From Epiperipatus broadwayi (lineage: Eukaryota > Animalia > Onychophora), in contig JAQFVV010000008.1 in assembly GCA_028023455.1 (NCBI GenBank), positions 5,828,001 to 5,892,000 on the forward strand: DNA of 64,000 nucleotides, in the 5' to 3' direction. Below the pieces are notes generated by a model. That model saw only the letters and a list, made by a program, of their open reading frames with translations. It searched no databases and had not been told where the DNA came from. Below are positions 1-14,454 of the stretch, in pieces (the stretch's first letter is position 1; each line of letters starts with the position of its first letter). Made by a program: the position numbers and the translations under genes.

Positions 1-1929
1 ATTTGTTCTCACATTTCATTTTTGTTTTCTTTTACAATAAACATCCTTGGTCACTTAAATTACTATATATCCCAATCATACTCTGTGGAATTATATATTT
101 GTGCGATCATATTTTTATCACTTAATAATAAATACAAAAATTCTATTCTCTTCTTTTTTTATACTTTTTCATTTTTTGTCTTTCTTTGTTCCCTTTTTTG
201 TTTTTCTGGAAATAGAATGACCTTTTTTATTTATGAGAGATTGTTAAGGATGTTTTTACTAAATGGAAGTGTTTAAAAAACTAGAGTCACTCAAATTTTT
301 TTTGCTTCTATCTTAGAGTTGCTGTTAATATATCTTTAATAATTAGCATTTTCACACTGATGCTATTCAAAAGTATAACTACTGGTAACCATTATTAAAA
401 GAAACTGTAGTAATGATTTAGGTTTGATTTATTATTTTAAATTATGATAAAAGTTTTAAATGCCTTAGAGAGTTAAGTAAAAATAATTTAGAAATAGAAC
501 ATGATTAAGTAAATGTTACAAATATAAATCATTATGTTATGAGAAGTATAAAGTTTTAAGAAAAATTATTGGGATAAAATATAATGAAATAATTAACAAA
601 CTTTACAGTACTGAGTATTTTACAACTAATTGTTAATAAAATAATATCATCAATAATATTTTTTTAATTTACTTTAATTATTCACTAATTCCAATAAATT
701 CCCAGTGGAAAAGTCGTGGGTGTATTTAAAAACACATACATATAAACAGCTCATTTATAAATTTAAAAAAAAATTGAAATAATTAACATAGATTTTTAAA
801 TTTATATAAATTATTATCTTAATTTAATAAATTGTTTTTGAATTTGATTAGTAAAATATAAAATGTAATTTCAAAAAAAAAAACCTCATAGTAAGAAAAT
901 ATTGAAGCATACTCTGTTGACTTTTTATTATAAGTTGATTGATCAAACAAATCAAATTTGGGTTTCCTAAATATTTTTCTATTTTTAAAATTTTTTCAGT
1001 AGAATTAAATATTTTGAAATAATTACTCAAAATATTTATAATAATAATAATAATGGTCTTCAGATAAAATTCATGACATGGTATATAAAAAGTCTAGCCA
1101 ATGTCTAGTTTAAAAAAAAATTAATGAAAAATTCTGCAAAGTCCTTTTAAAAGCTTTAGATGATATGAGGTTGTTTGTACTTCTTATATATATATGTATA
1201 AGTCTGTTCATAGTAGTATAATATAATCATTTGTGGCAAAATATTTCTAATTTTATAAAACATAAATGTGTAATATATTTACACTGCCTAAGATATGAAT
1301 CTAACATTAAGTCTAAACAATCTATGGATCTAAGTTTTATTAATTCATTATTTACTATTTTAACAGATATGTTTAATATTATAATTTTGTGACAATCTAC
1401 TATATCTGAGTTTATTATAATTAAATACTGGATTATTCTAGAATAAATAATATAAAATTTTAATTAAAACCTCATTTGTCAAGAAAACCATAAATGAAGA
1501 GAATAATAAAAATAAATCCAACATATGTAAAATGAATGTCACTTATAAAAATATTCTGAAGCAATTGTCTTTATATTATATCATATAAATCTATTAACAT
1601 ATTTTTTAGTGAAAAAAGGTGCATCACTTTTTGCAGTCAATTGGTGTAAGTAATGTTTTTCTATGGATCCAATATTTTGATATTTCTGGTCAATTCCCCA
1701 AATATGATTGATAAACACCCTTATACATTTACTTTCAATCAATTCCAGTATTATGTTATAGTAAAGCCTTCAAAAGAATTGTAAAAGAATTGATGATATT
1801 TTTGTTCTATGTAGTTTTTTATTTAAATCTTAGTACAAAAAAATCTAATAGTAGTATTAAAAAATATTCATACATATTTCTATACTTGTTTTACTAATTA
1901 ATATTTAAAAACTCGGGCATTTTGATAAC

Positions 1930-2290
1930 TAGTGATGGAAGAACAATTTTCATCAATTTCTACCTTGTATGATTATCAGCTTGAGAATGTTGATCAATTT
2001 AAATACCTTAATATATTTTATATAGAAATTTAAATTTAAATGCTGAAGTTTAGAATTAACTCCAATGTGCTGCCAGTAATTAAAAAAATTAAAAGATAAC
2101 GTATTTTATCAGTCTTTTTCTTCCAGGTTTATTTTGTTTGAAAGTGATGTATGGAGCCCTATTGATATCATATAAAGGCAGAAAAAAATCATTTAAAAAT
2201 GTTGTGTAATATTTTAAAGAACATAAGACTAATAAGTAAATTTTTTATCTTGATGGATGTGGTGATAATCTATAATTGCAAGTGTATCTT
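1930..2290 (+). mobile_element. Highly decayed non-LTR retrotransposon (LINE) RT C-terminal fragment
   Basis: Broken frames give LENVDQFKYL and LPGL..FESDVWS, matching the V..FKYLG and LPVLLYGSETW motifs of RTE/CR1-type RTs. Confidence 0.35.
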
Positions 2291-5200
2291 TCCATTATAT
2301 TTGAGCATATGAAATAAATGAAATAAACTTGTTAAAAAAATATTTTATGTTAAACTTGAATATGACTTTTGAGAAAAGCATATAATATTTATATTGATAA
2401 TAATTATTTCAAAAATGCTCTAAAACAAAGAACAATATCAATTGTTCACTAGTGGAATAATACAATTATGAAATACTAATAAAAGTTTAATATAAACCTA
2501 TGTATATGTAGTTATCTACATCTTCCACCTATGGATTATTGATACACTGAAGGATTAGTGATAAAATGGAAAATTTGAAATCTAAAAAATTAAATAAAAC
2601 CAACCATGAAAATTAATATTTGTCTGCATTCATGTTTATATATTGAACCGGATCCCAAAAAGAAGGAAGCTTATTCTTGCTAGGTTTAAATACCTTTTAT
2701 AATTATAATAACTTTTGGAATCTAAACTTTATTAAGCTCTAGAATTTACTTTAACTAGTCTAATATCAATAAAAGCTTAACTTGTAATTATTTTATAACT
2801 TTAATACTACAAGAATGGATCGGCCATTCAAGAAGAGGGGGAAATATCATTGATATCATAGCCATCAATGATACCCAAGGTCAGATCAAGCTATACAAAG
2901 CATAAGACAACCATATTTGCTGACCATGGCCCAACCTCAACTGCTGGATTCAAACCCTGTCATCCAAAGCATTTTATTTTTGAGGATCAACTTCAGGCAC
3001 CAGTCAACTATAGGCATGTTTCAGATGACAGGCTTACAATCCAGTATTTGATATATACCATGGCTAGCCTACTGCTCTTTAGCACTGCATGTTGATAAGT
3101 CAGTCTTCAGTAATGAATGCATTGAGGAATGAGCATACTGGAAAAGCTTTTCCAATGACCTTTTTCTGACCATCTTCTCTTTTTTATTTTCAATAGTAAT
3201 ACTATCATGGTAGAGCATTAATAATAATAGCAATAGTACTTATACTCTAATGTTACATACTAATCTGACTGTTTCTGCTTCTTCATAATTAATTTCTTTC
3301 TCTCTTTTATATTTCTCTCTTCCATTATTTTATTTTTATTGTGACTGAGATCAAGTTTAATTAATTCTTGCATTATTCTGCTATCTAATCTCATTTTGAG
3401 ATTAATCTAACTATCTCATCATTTGATGAAATAGTTTGTGTGGTTTTAATTAATTTAATTGTTAGTTCTACTTTTTTTTTATCAGCCAGTAATCTTTTAC
3501 TAATTACATTTAGAAGTTTTTCTTTTTACAAATTAATTTTTGTTCTGATTTTCACATTTATTTGTTGTTGTTTTTTTCATATATATATATTTTTTTCTAT
3601 AATTTATAAAAAGAAGAGCTAATTTCAATCTTTACTTAAGAATTATCCTCCCCACTCCAATCCTAAACTTTTACTCTATTTAAAAAAAAAACTTTGTATA
3701 TGCAATCATTCACTTTTGATACAATTAAGTTTTTTAAAAGAAGGCTGTTTACTTATTTTGTTTTATTAATAAATTAATCACTGCCCTCTTCTATTTTCTC
3801 CTAAAATGAAAATATGTAATGTGATTATATGTGTAGTTTTAACAAATAAATCTTTTTCGTGTTACAACATATATATATATATGAAACCAGAATTACAAGA
3901 ATATATATGATAACTTCCAATTTGATAATAATCATTAAAAGAATTAATATTCGTCAAAGCCTTACTGTTAGTTCAATGAAATAAACTTCAAATATCATGC
4001 TCTTTTCTTGTCGGTTATCATGTTCTAATTATTGGATTCTCTTAATGGATTTTTTTTTTAACTTGGTGAAAGGAATCTAAAAAGTAGTAAAACTTTTGAT
4101 GATGAACATTAGTCATTATTTACAGATTTTTTGTTTTTAATTATGATTTAATACTACTATTACATTTACAAGGGTCATTTTAACATATGTTTTGTGTATG
4201 AGTGAATTTTTAAATAGTTACTTAATCAAATAAAAATTATAAGTCTTTTAAATCAGTAATGACTGGAAGGTTGCTATTCTTCCACATGCACCTTACTATT
4301 ACTTTCAGACAGCCAATAACTGTTAAAACATTGATTAGTGGTTAAAATAGATTTTTGCTTAATAACTTGTTTAGGTTTGTTCAAAATCTATCTGGTGGAT
4401 AGACTGTAACAAGTTAAGATCATTATTTTAGAAGTGATCTATCTGAAATTAATATTTAAATGGATATTTTCCTCAGGTTTTGAGATGAATATTTTGTCTG
4501 ACATTACTTGATAGTTCAAACATATGCAACCTCATATAATTTTAATTTTTTATTATTGTCAATTTGTAAATAAATTATGATCATTATTCATTAAATTTAA
4601 ATTTGGGGTTTTATTTACATTAACCAATATAAGATATACATAATTTACATAAAAATAAATAAACCTAGATTCACAAGATCTAACTAGTGAGTAATGTAAA
4701 TATTCCTCATCACACTGATGTTCAACAATTAATCAATGTTAATCTAACATTTGATGTCAAAGTCATTAATAAATTTTGTAATAAAATTCTATCAGTTATT
4801 GGGCTAAGTATTTTTCATGCTTTTGAATATAATATGAATTTAATATGTAGCAGCTTAAGGGTTATCTAAAATAAATACTAATGTAAATTTAACAGAAAAT
4901 TTTGAATATCATATCAATATGGATTTTAGAGCATCTTATTTATAGAAGCCTGCTAAACCCTCATTCATTTATTCTATTATGGATTAGTGTATTAACTGAT
5001 ATAGCACTACCAATTTTAGCTTGCATATATATTCATTATATATGTTATTTAGTTAGTACTATTTTAAGTTCCTATTTTATAATTTACTGGACATTAATAA
5101 GAGCTAGCATTCTTTTGTTTATTCTTGATTGTATCAGTATAAATAAGGGATTTGACACCAGGACATATAAATAGAATCTTTTATTTTTTGTCTCAATTTT

Positions 5201-8200
5201 TTTATTATTATGAATTTTGAATCTTTAGTTTGATTTGGAGAGTATCTATCTCTTGGGCATTTTTCATCATTATAATTTTGATGCCTCATTTAGCAGAGCA
5301 TATCAAAGAGTGTCTTTTATATCTTGTTCACTTTTTATTCTGTGATAGATTGGTACCTCAATTTAGTTACATAGTGATGTCTTCCCATTGGTCTCATTTT
5401 ATACCATTACAATAAATATGGGCAGAATTTTATTAATCAGAATAGCCACTATTCTATAACTTATATTATCCAAATAAAATATCAAAAGTGATTTTTAACC
5501 TTTTACAATAAATAAATAATTTAGATAAGTATATATGTTTCCAAACAAAAAAAAAATTAAATATTTATGAATTTATAAGTATAATTGCATTTAGTTGCCT
5601 AAATTTTTTCTATGTTAGTCAAATTGATGTCAACATTGAATGGATAAAAGATCCATTGTTGAACTGTGATAAATTTACAAATTCAAAAAATCCTAAAAAC
5701 AGGATTTGTTACCTATATATTATCTTACAGTTTGAAATTTGTTATCTCATGAGAAAAAGTATATCTTGTCTTATAATTATTTTTAATTTTGTGATATATT
5801 AGAGTTCATTTTAACAAATGGTTAATTTAGAATTAAAATAGGTGGTTCATAACTACAAGAGCTTAAGATAATATTTGTGTAAGATATTAATAAATGGCAA
5901 CTGCTTGGCATATAGTTTATTGGAGTAATTAGTAATTATGTTGTGTTGTCAGGTAGAGTCAACATATTAAGATTACTTCCCAAGTGTCATGGCTGGAGGC
6001 CTTTAGTCCAGTAAAAAAGCTCAACATATAAAAAGGAGAGTAATAGTAACAAATAAACAGATATAGTGCATGTACATATTACTATCATGAAATAAAAAAT
6101 ATTTGAATTTTTTTGGTTAAACACTAATTGTTTTTTTAAAAAATAATTGGATATTAATTTTATTTATTTAAAAAAAAATCAGAAAGTAATGATTTAAATG
6201 ATATGGAATTAAATATTATAAAAAGTCTATATTTTGATAACTATTAATCTTATCAATTAAAAGAAAATAATGGGAGATCATTTTTAAAAACATTTTTAAC
6301 TCTCATTTCAAAATAATTATGTCACTTAAAACTGTGCTATAATATCAAAATTTTCAGTAAATCATTTCTTAACCATTATAAAAATCAGCCGTTTAAAAAA
6401 AAATATTTTCATAGTTTTTTTTATACGTAACTTTTCAATATTGTATAATATTATGATTAAGATTGATACTAGATGGCAGCTGTTATCATAGAATATTAAC
6501 TTAGTTTTTTTTTCATTAAATTATTCTGTCGGTTTTACTGTCAAAGATGGGGTAAGCATTTTATTACTATTAAATCCTATTTCCCATTGGCTAAAAGTAT
6601 TTTTATGAGTTATGATGTTATTAATTTATAATACACCAAGAGATTATTAATACATATAAAAATAAAGCTACTGATAAGAAGATTTAAGCATTGGACTTTT
6701 GAGCCAAAATATTTTGATTTATTGCTAAAAATAAATATGTGGTCTTTGCCTACATTATATTTTTTGAGGTATAAAAGAAATCTTAGCAACGCAGAAACGA
6801 CAGGTCATTTATGTTTCAAGAAAGAAGATCAAAAGCACCCATTTTTTAAATGTAGTTGCCTACAGAATGCTCGGTCATACATCACAAAAAGACTTCGGAA
6901 AAATAATAGCACAATTCAATCTATCAATAACTCATTTCCAAAAGCTTGCTTCGCAGAAAGTACAATCTTCGCATTTATACTTTATACTCTATGATGCATA
7001 AAATGCTTATTTCTTTACAAGAGTGATACAAGAACACATTTAAAAACAAACTACTCACAATTAAAGAGAAAGACCAAAAAATTACTCCTACAGATATATA
7101 TGTAGCTATGCTCACTTATTCATCAGTGCTCGAACTTATAATGAGTTATTCTAACTATAATTTCTCAGATCGTCATTACAATTTTGTATGTTTAGCAACA
7201 TGTGTTTTTTTCTCCTGATTTTAACAAACTGTAAATATGTCAAGTTCTTTATATAGTTTTTAATTTTCATTTCTATTGTAATATATTAAGTATTTTTATC
7301 AATAAAATTCTCTTTTGAAACTAAAAAAAAAAAAAGCTCAACATATAAGTCATAAATTAAATTGTTTGAAGTTATTTTATATCCGAGTTTTTCTTTTTTT
7401 TAAAAAAAAGAGATAAGATTATTAATTAAATGATATATAAAAAGTAACGGCAATACTTTACTAAGATATTGTAATTATTATTGTTATATAAATATACCTA
7501 GCAAATAAATGTAAATGATGATAATTTATAAACTGAAAATAAATTAATAAATAATACCAAATGTATTAATAAATCACTATAAATACCATTACTTAATTTT
7601 TAATTATTTAAAAATTACTTTTGTAAGTTGAACTTATGAAAAAATAGCACTGAAAATAGTTTTGATTTGAATATATGTCTGTCTATAAATTGAATCTACT
7701 CATCCTGAGCTGACTACCTCCATTAAATGCTTTGCCCTCTTTTTCAATATTTCAATTGGATTTAGTTAGACTTAATCATTATTTTTAGAGCTGAAACTAG
7801 GACCAAGTAGTATTATTAAGTCTGAAATAATAATAAATATAAAAAACCCTCTAGGTGAAATTTACTTCATATTGTGCACTTTGAAGCTAGTTTATTGGGC
7901 ATGTGTATGTGTGTTTGTACCTAGATTCCAAAAAACCCTACCATTCCATGTCAGCAAAACCTGATGTCATTCCTAAATTTGTGCAAAGTCTAAAAATCAT
8001 AAGGTAAACTAATTTATTAGAGCATGTATAAAAGAGTTTATTATAAATTTATTATCATACTTCCATAATTTCTTTTTATATGGAGGTTATTCATGGACGT
8101 TAGTGGAATGCTATTATAAGCTGGAAAGTTGTGCAGTTTTTCTTTTATCACTTTACCATTTGGAACTTAAAAAAAAGTTTTAATATAAGACAAGAAATAG

Positions 8201-9382
8201 AAAGGTAGGGAACAAAAACAGAGCTATTTAACTGGTTGATTCTGCAGGCACCATATTGAATTTTCAAAAAAACTGAACTGAGATACAATTTTCACAATAA
8301 CTTCAGTTTGAATAATGTTAGGGCAAAGAACTTTACATTGATAGAAACTAGAAGAACTAAGGAAAACAATAAGGCTAAGATAAATAATAATTATTATTTA
8401 AAAAAAGAAAGAAATTTCAACATCCAACATAATTATTACTTTATTGTTTGTTCATAATTTCTAATTTATCATTAACTAAGTTTAAATTACATCTTCAGAG
8501 ATAATTTCTTTGTATTTCTCACGAAATTATCTTTTAAACCATGTATAATATTTCTTACCTGAGATAATACATAGCTTCAGAATCTCCAAAAGTATTGGCA
8601 TAAGACTTCTTCATTTTTATCTTGTACCCCAAAAGTTGACAAATCTCAAAAGCATCTATAAAAAAAAGATTCATCCTAATAAAAGATACAAAACAAATCA
8701 TTTCCAGAAGGTGAATATGCATTTGTCATCATAGCAATTAGCTTCCTGTCTATCTAAAACTAGAAATTGTAGGCTACTGACTGTATCACTGATAAAATGA
8801 GTTTCATCTTTTCATTTTATATTTTTTATGTATACCAGTGATGTTTATATTCTTTATGCACACCAGTGATGCTATCTTGTTATATTTATTGTCACACAGA
8901 GATATCATTTATTTGCATATAGTTCATTTGCTAGCTATAGACTTGAAAATAATGTGATGCAAGATATGGCAAACCTACTGATTTCACAGCACGAGTATCA
9001 AGGCATAGGCAAGAATCAGAATTTGATTCTTTGCCTGCATACAATTCCATGTGATATATGCATAACCATTATGGCTACCACTTTACACATACCATTTGAA
9101 ATCTCTTTTTATGTGTTTTAAGTGTTTATATTTTCACATAGTACTAGGCCCAATAAATTTTATGATTGCTTTATCAACTGCAACATTTCTGTAAATTAGA
9201 TTATCAGTTTTTAAAATTTACATTGCACTGCTCTATATATGTAAATCATTACTTGTTATATAAACACAATGCAAGAACAAACACAAACATATTAATACAA
9301 ATATGAAAATATATCTTTTGAGAATCATTATGTCTATACCCAAAATTACACTACAAAACAACTTTTCTTAGATTTGAATTTA

Positions 9383-10049
9383 TATTATCATCATCATCAA
9401 TCATTATCAATCCATTGCAGGATGAAGGTCTTTCCAAGTTCAATCCATCTTCTCCGACTTCTCCGATCTTTAGCTTCTCTTCTCCACATCACTCCAGCAC
9501 ACTTTTTTATTTCATCCATCCATCTCACATATGGTCTCTTTCTGTGTCTTTTACAATCTCTTGGAATCCAGTTTAAGATTTCAATTGTCCATCTATTATC
9601 ATCTCTCTTAGCAATATGTCCAGCCCAACTCCACTTCAGTCTTTTAATTTTTCAATGAGGTCAGTAACACCTGTTTGTTCTCTTACTCATATATTGTATT
9701 TCTGATCTCTTCTTGTTACTCCCAACATGCATCTTTCCATACTTCTTTGAGTGCTCTAAAGTCTCTGTATTGCTCTTCTATTAAGTGTCCAAGTCTCAGA
9801 TCCATAAGTAAGAACTGGTAAAACATATTTATTAAAAGCCTTCCTTTTCAAACGCATGGGCATATTTCCTTTTAGTATCAAGTTATTTATACCAAAAGCA
9901 CTCCAACCAAGTTTAATTCTATGATTAATTTCATCCATTATGTTTCCATCTGTATTAATAATCTGACCAAGATATTTGTAACTGTTAACTTTTTCTAACT
10001 CATCATAATCAATCTTTATTTTCATATTTTGAGAAAATCCATTAAACAT
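9383..10049 (-). mobile_element. 5'-truncated RTE-like LINE (RT C-terminus + 3' end)
   Basis: ORF 9756..10205 contains VNSYKYLGQ..EINHRIKLGWSAF..KRKAFNKYVLPVLTYGSETWTL, typical of RTE ORF ends; (TGA)n-type tail at ~9385-9400; second copy at 37040-39291. Confidence 0.85.
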
Positions 10050-10056
10050 GAATATA

Positions 10057-10433
10057 TTGTATAATAAAGAACATAAATGATTTAATATTATATAGTACAT
10101 ACACACCAATACAAACACAAACAAATTAGTACACCATTTATCAAATAATTTTAAAAAATTTAAAATATTAAAAATTAAAATTAATAACTTATTGATATTC
10201 TGCAAAACAACTTTTATTATATTTGAATTTGTATATTGTATATTTACAATTAGGCTTCAGGTATATGAAGAGTGCCTGTATTTCAAGTATTTGTATAATA
10301 AAGAGCATAAATGATTTAATATTATATAGTGCACACACACCAATACAAATGAACACAAATTAATATACCATTTATCAAATAATTTTAAAAAATTTAAAAT
10401 ATTAAAAATTAAAATTAATAACTTACAATATTC
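10057..10433. repeat. ~145-bp direct repeat (10057-10200 and 10291-10433)
   Basis: Both units read ttgtataataaaga(a/g)cataaatgatttaatattatatagt...ccatttatcaaataattttaaaaaatttaaaatattaaaaattaaaattaataactta. Confidence 0.85.
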
Positions 10434-10504
10434 CACGATTATGTTTATGTTGCATTGAAGGCTTTCATATCCAAATTATCAGTGTATTTTTAATCCCATT
10501 ATAT

Positions 10505-13092
10505 TAGGGTTATAAGGCCGATAAAAATTTTCTGCCTTATCACCTCGTGTAAACTAGTAAATTGACCAGAAAATAAAAATAATTAATTCATCTAATTTTA
10601 AAAATAATTGTAAAAAATTCAAATTTTATCCAATATCAATGTAAGATATATTATTCAAAAACTAATAGAAAGATGCATCAAATGCTGGGATTTATGTTGA
10701 CATCATGCTTATAGTTTTTGCGAAATTTAAAAAAGAAAAAATTTCAATAAATCAGCTGAAGTGATCAGTTGACCCGCTGCAATGACTCAAGCCGATAAAG
10801 CATAATTTTCTTGACCATCACAAAAACATAAAAAAATTGTTAAGAAAATGTTAGTTACATAAATAAACTAAAGGTTTTATTAGTGGGCAATATTTTATTC
10901 ATTGATTAGTATTTTTATATTTTTCAGTTGAAATTACTTTCTCTGGGAATTATTTTTCTTTTTGATTTTGTCATAAAACTCTGACAAGATTAATGGGATA
11001 TTTATTTTAGTCATTAGAAGCCCGTGATCGTAACTTCTAGCATACTGCCCTTTTTTTCTGACCATATTTTCTTTATTACACAAAACCCTTAATCAGATGT
11101 TGCAAAAGTATCAGGAAGACCAAGAATGCATTCTATTACAGCTTTAATATTTTTTTAATTAATAAGTGTCTTTCATCACAATGAACGGAAAAGTTTTGCC
11201 TTTTTTTTTTATTCGTAAAATTTTGTGTTGCTAAAATTTCTACTTTAGAACCTTAAAAACTTTTTGTAATAACAATCTATTTAATTGATTTGTCAATGTT
11301 TATTACTTATTTGTTATCTTTTGATTGATCTTAACTGCAGATTTATCAACAATACTAGACCAAAATATTTCTCCGAATTTAATCACATAATATCTTCTGC
11401 CTGTTTAAAGCTTTTTTTATATATATCTAAATACAAGTGACATTTTTCATAAAAATATTTAAATTCTCTCTAACATTTTCCAATATTTTTATTTTTTCCA
11501 AGTTTTCTCAGCAAGGACTTTGCACTTTGAAGTACAAATTGACACTTACTTTTATTCTTCAGTATTTATAATAAAAATTTGCATTTCTAGTTTGATGTCT
11601 TTTGCACCCACATTGTTCTTTTCCATAACTAAAATTATTTTTCTTGAAACGCATAAATTGTTCATCAATAAATCATAAATACATTTTACAACAATTATTG
11701 TTAAAGAATTAGCAATCCAGGACAGTATTTTTGAGAGGAAAAGTAATAGATGGTAGCATTAACAAAAAATTTGATGTTGCAATGGTTTTTATGTATTCAT
11801 CATGGCTACATTGCAAAATTCATTAAACATGTTATGCAAATTATGTATATGTGAAAATATTTTAAAATTTTCATATCAAGTGCTTCTCTGTTTATTGGTG
11901 ATATATCAACAGCTGTTTGAATGCAATTGTACACTACAATCAAGGTAACCAAGGTATTTTCTTGGTTGGGCTTTTAATCAGCTGAAGATATTGTTTTTGC
12001 CTGCTTATTTTACACACCAAAATTTTTGTTGCAGTTATCCCCATATCAATCCAATAACATTTTCTTTAATGGTTTCTTAATAACTGAAACAAAGCTATCG
12101 GTTAAAGTCTCACTTCTCTCACTGGGAGAAGTATGCATATCCCAAAGTTTGGCTTGTATTCCTTAACCAGAATCATACAAAATATCATTTAAAAATATAT
12201 TTCGTTTGAAGTTGCTATAGAAATTGTCACATGGTTTGCTATTTCTAGATTTTTAGCAAGTTCTGTTTTGTCATTCGTAAAATTACACTCAAAATCATGG
12301 TTTCACATCTTGTTCACTTTAATTCAAAAAATTTTGATACTACAAACAGTCAGATGTCATTAAATTAAAATCATGAAAATCTATATGAAAAGCAAAAGTG
12401 ATTTCCTTAGAAATAACAAGAAGTTTCAATTTGGCTGTTTCTGACCTTTTAAAAAAAATTGATCATACCGATTTATCATTGAGGCATCTTTGAAAATGGT
12501 TTTTAATATCTGACCTATTCCATATGATCATAGAACAATAATCACAACATGTCATAGATAACAATAATAATATTTTATTCTGTCTACACAAGTGTCTTTT
12601 AACAAAAAAATAATCCTGTTTGTGTTCTTTGACAAATGTGTATGTTTTTTTTCAGCATATACAATGTAAATTACATCTTAAGAAATACAAATCTCAAAAT
12701 CTTTGCAAAGTAAAATTCAGAATTACATGAAAGTTGACAATCCCCCATGCATAATCTATGATTACTAAGCTTTATAAATAGATTGAACATTGTTATTGAC
12801 AACAGAAAAACAGCCTGTAGGCAGACATCATTATTTCTTGTTAATATAATTGACATGGGTAATACAAAGCCCAGTCTTTAAAAATAAAATTTTATCTTAG
12901 TTAAATTTGCTCTTTGATAAACACAAGTTTTAATCTTAATGTGTGTGAGAAAAATATTAAATTTTAGACAAGACAAATTAATTTTACCAAATTATGATTA
13001 AAACCAAGACTGAATTTCAAAACAATAGAATACCATGATTATATTACTATATTAAGACAATCCCAGTCAAAATGGATATATAGTAATTCCTA
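10505..13092 (-). mobile_element. Decayed hAT-superfamily DNA transposon (transposase pseudogene)
   Basis: Minus-strand fragments translate to GDNCNKNFG (~12030-12055) and ILGLPDTFATSD*GFCVIKKIWSEKKGSMLEVTITGLLMTKIN..LSEFYDKIK..VISTEKY (~10915-11140), resembling the hAT C-terminal dimerisation domain. Degenerate TAGG-type terminus at 13050-13092; left boundary (tagggtta at 10505) uncertain; no TSD found. Confidence 0.7.
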
Positions 13093-13603
13093 AATTTAGT
13101 ATGAAAATTTGAATAAATATTATTAATTTAAATGAATAATTTGAAAATAACAGATTAATCAAATAATTATTATAAACTTCTAATATTATTATCCATCACC
13201 AACATTAGAACTGTTAATAATATAATATGATGGTTCTAACTTCTGAAAGTGAAAAAATAAAACATAAAGTTTGAAAATGACTATACTAATGAATCCATGT
13301 AATACAAATATTACTTGTTTGTTCTCTAATTTTTTTATTTTACTAAGAGAAATGTTTAAAATAATAATAGAAAACAATTAATTAAAATTGGTAAAATGTT
13401 GGTGAAAAAATTGTTGTATTCAGTAATCAATAATTAAATATACATTTATGTGGTTCATTATGAAAATAAATAGTAATTAAGTGGTTATAGTTGATTTGCA
13501 GATTAGCAGTAATTACTACTGGTTTACTTATTTATTTTAAAAGAAAATGTAAAAAAAAAAAAGTATTGTCAATAAATTGTTAGCAGTCATTCATTAGTCT
13601 AGA

Positions 13604-14454
13604 GCGCGGCCCCCCACCCATCAAAAAACGCCAAAAAATATAAAAAAAAAAAAAAAAAAAGAAACACAATTTTTTATTTTTATATTAATATTATAATTAT
13701 AATAATGGTACACTAATCATAAAACAAGGGAGGAGGGGGGGGGGGGGGGGGATTCTTATTCTTATCACTCTCCCGTTTCTCTTGCGGCGCAAATATAATT
13801 AACAGATTTTTTTCTTTTCTATAACAAAAACATAACAAAAAAAAAAAAATAATATATGAATCCACTCCCCTAACACAAAACCACCTATATCCACAACCAC
13901 CAAACATCAATATAAATAAACAAAAAATATAATAGGGGAGAAAACAACAATTTACAACACTTCACAACAATAAAAAAAACAAAAAAAACAAAAATATATA
14001 CGTGTCTCTATCCATATCAATTACTACCATCACCAACCACAAAAAAAATACAACACCAAAACCAAACACAACAAGGATCTCTGTATATAAAACAACAAAC
14101 ACCAAAAGACCCAAAACCACAAAACATATTTATAAAAAATTTATCCACAAAGAAAAGCAAAAAAAAAAAGGGGTTAAAATTTAAAAAGAAAAAAGTAAAA
14201 ACATTTTTTAATTAATAAATATAAAAAAACAAAAATATAATAACAGAAAAAAAAAATATTATTAAATATGAAACATCCCACCACAGACCGTCGTTGTTTT
14301 TTTTTTATAAAAATTTTTTTTTTATTGTGTGTGGTTGGGGGAGGAGACAAAAAAAAAAAATATATAAATTATTTAAAGAATGGAAGAGAACGCCCCAAAA
14401 AAAATACGGCAACCACCCGAGGCACCCCCAGGGGCCCGGGGGGGGCATCCCTGG
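13604..14454. other. Probable assembly artefact: low-quality read sequence with polylinker-like ends between two XbaI sites
   Basis: TCTAGA at 13598-13603 is followed by gcgcggcccccacc (cf. pBluescript TCTAGAGCGGCCGCCACC); TCTAGA at 14455-14460 is preceded by cccgggggggcatccctgg (cf. CCCGGGGGATCCACTAGT); the interior is homopolymer-rich noise. Confidence 0.75.

Noticed and set aside
2868-3095. GC-richer 75-aa ORF as a host exon
   Set aside because: No recognisable domain, no clear splice context, no partner exons.
6480-6560. First-exon-like signal aaagATGGG|gtaagc in a CpG-retaining patch
   Set aside because: No downstream coding exon could be found; such motifs arise by chance.
6722-7140. 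90-aa ORF, or a minus-strand L2-like RRLYFLRS fragment
   Set aside because: Only a single short motif; too degenerate to call.
8450-8505. Possible minimal hammerhead on the minus strand (CTGAAGA-TG-TAATTTA..TAAATTA-GAAA)
   Set aside because: AT-only stem, missing closing pair and no stem I; compatible with chance.
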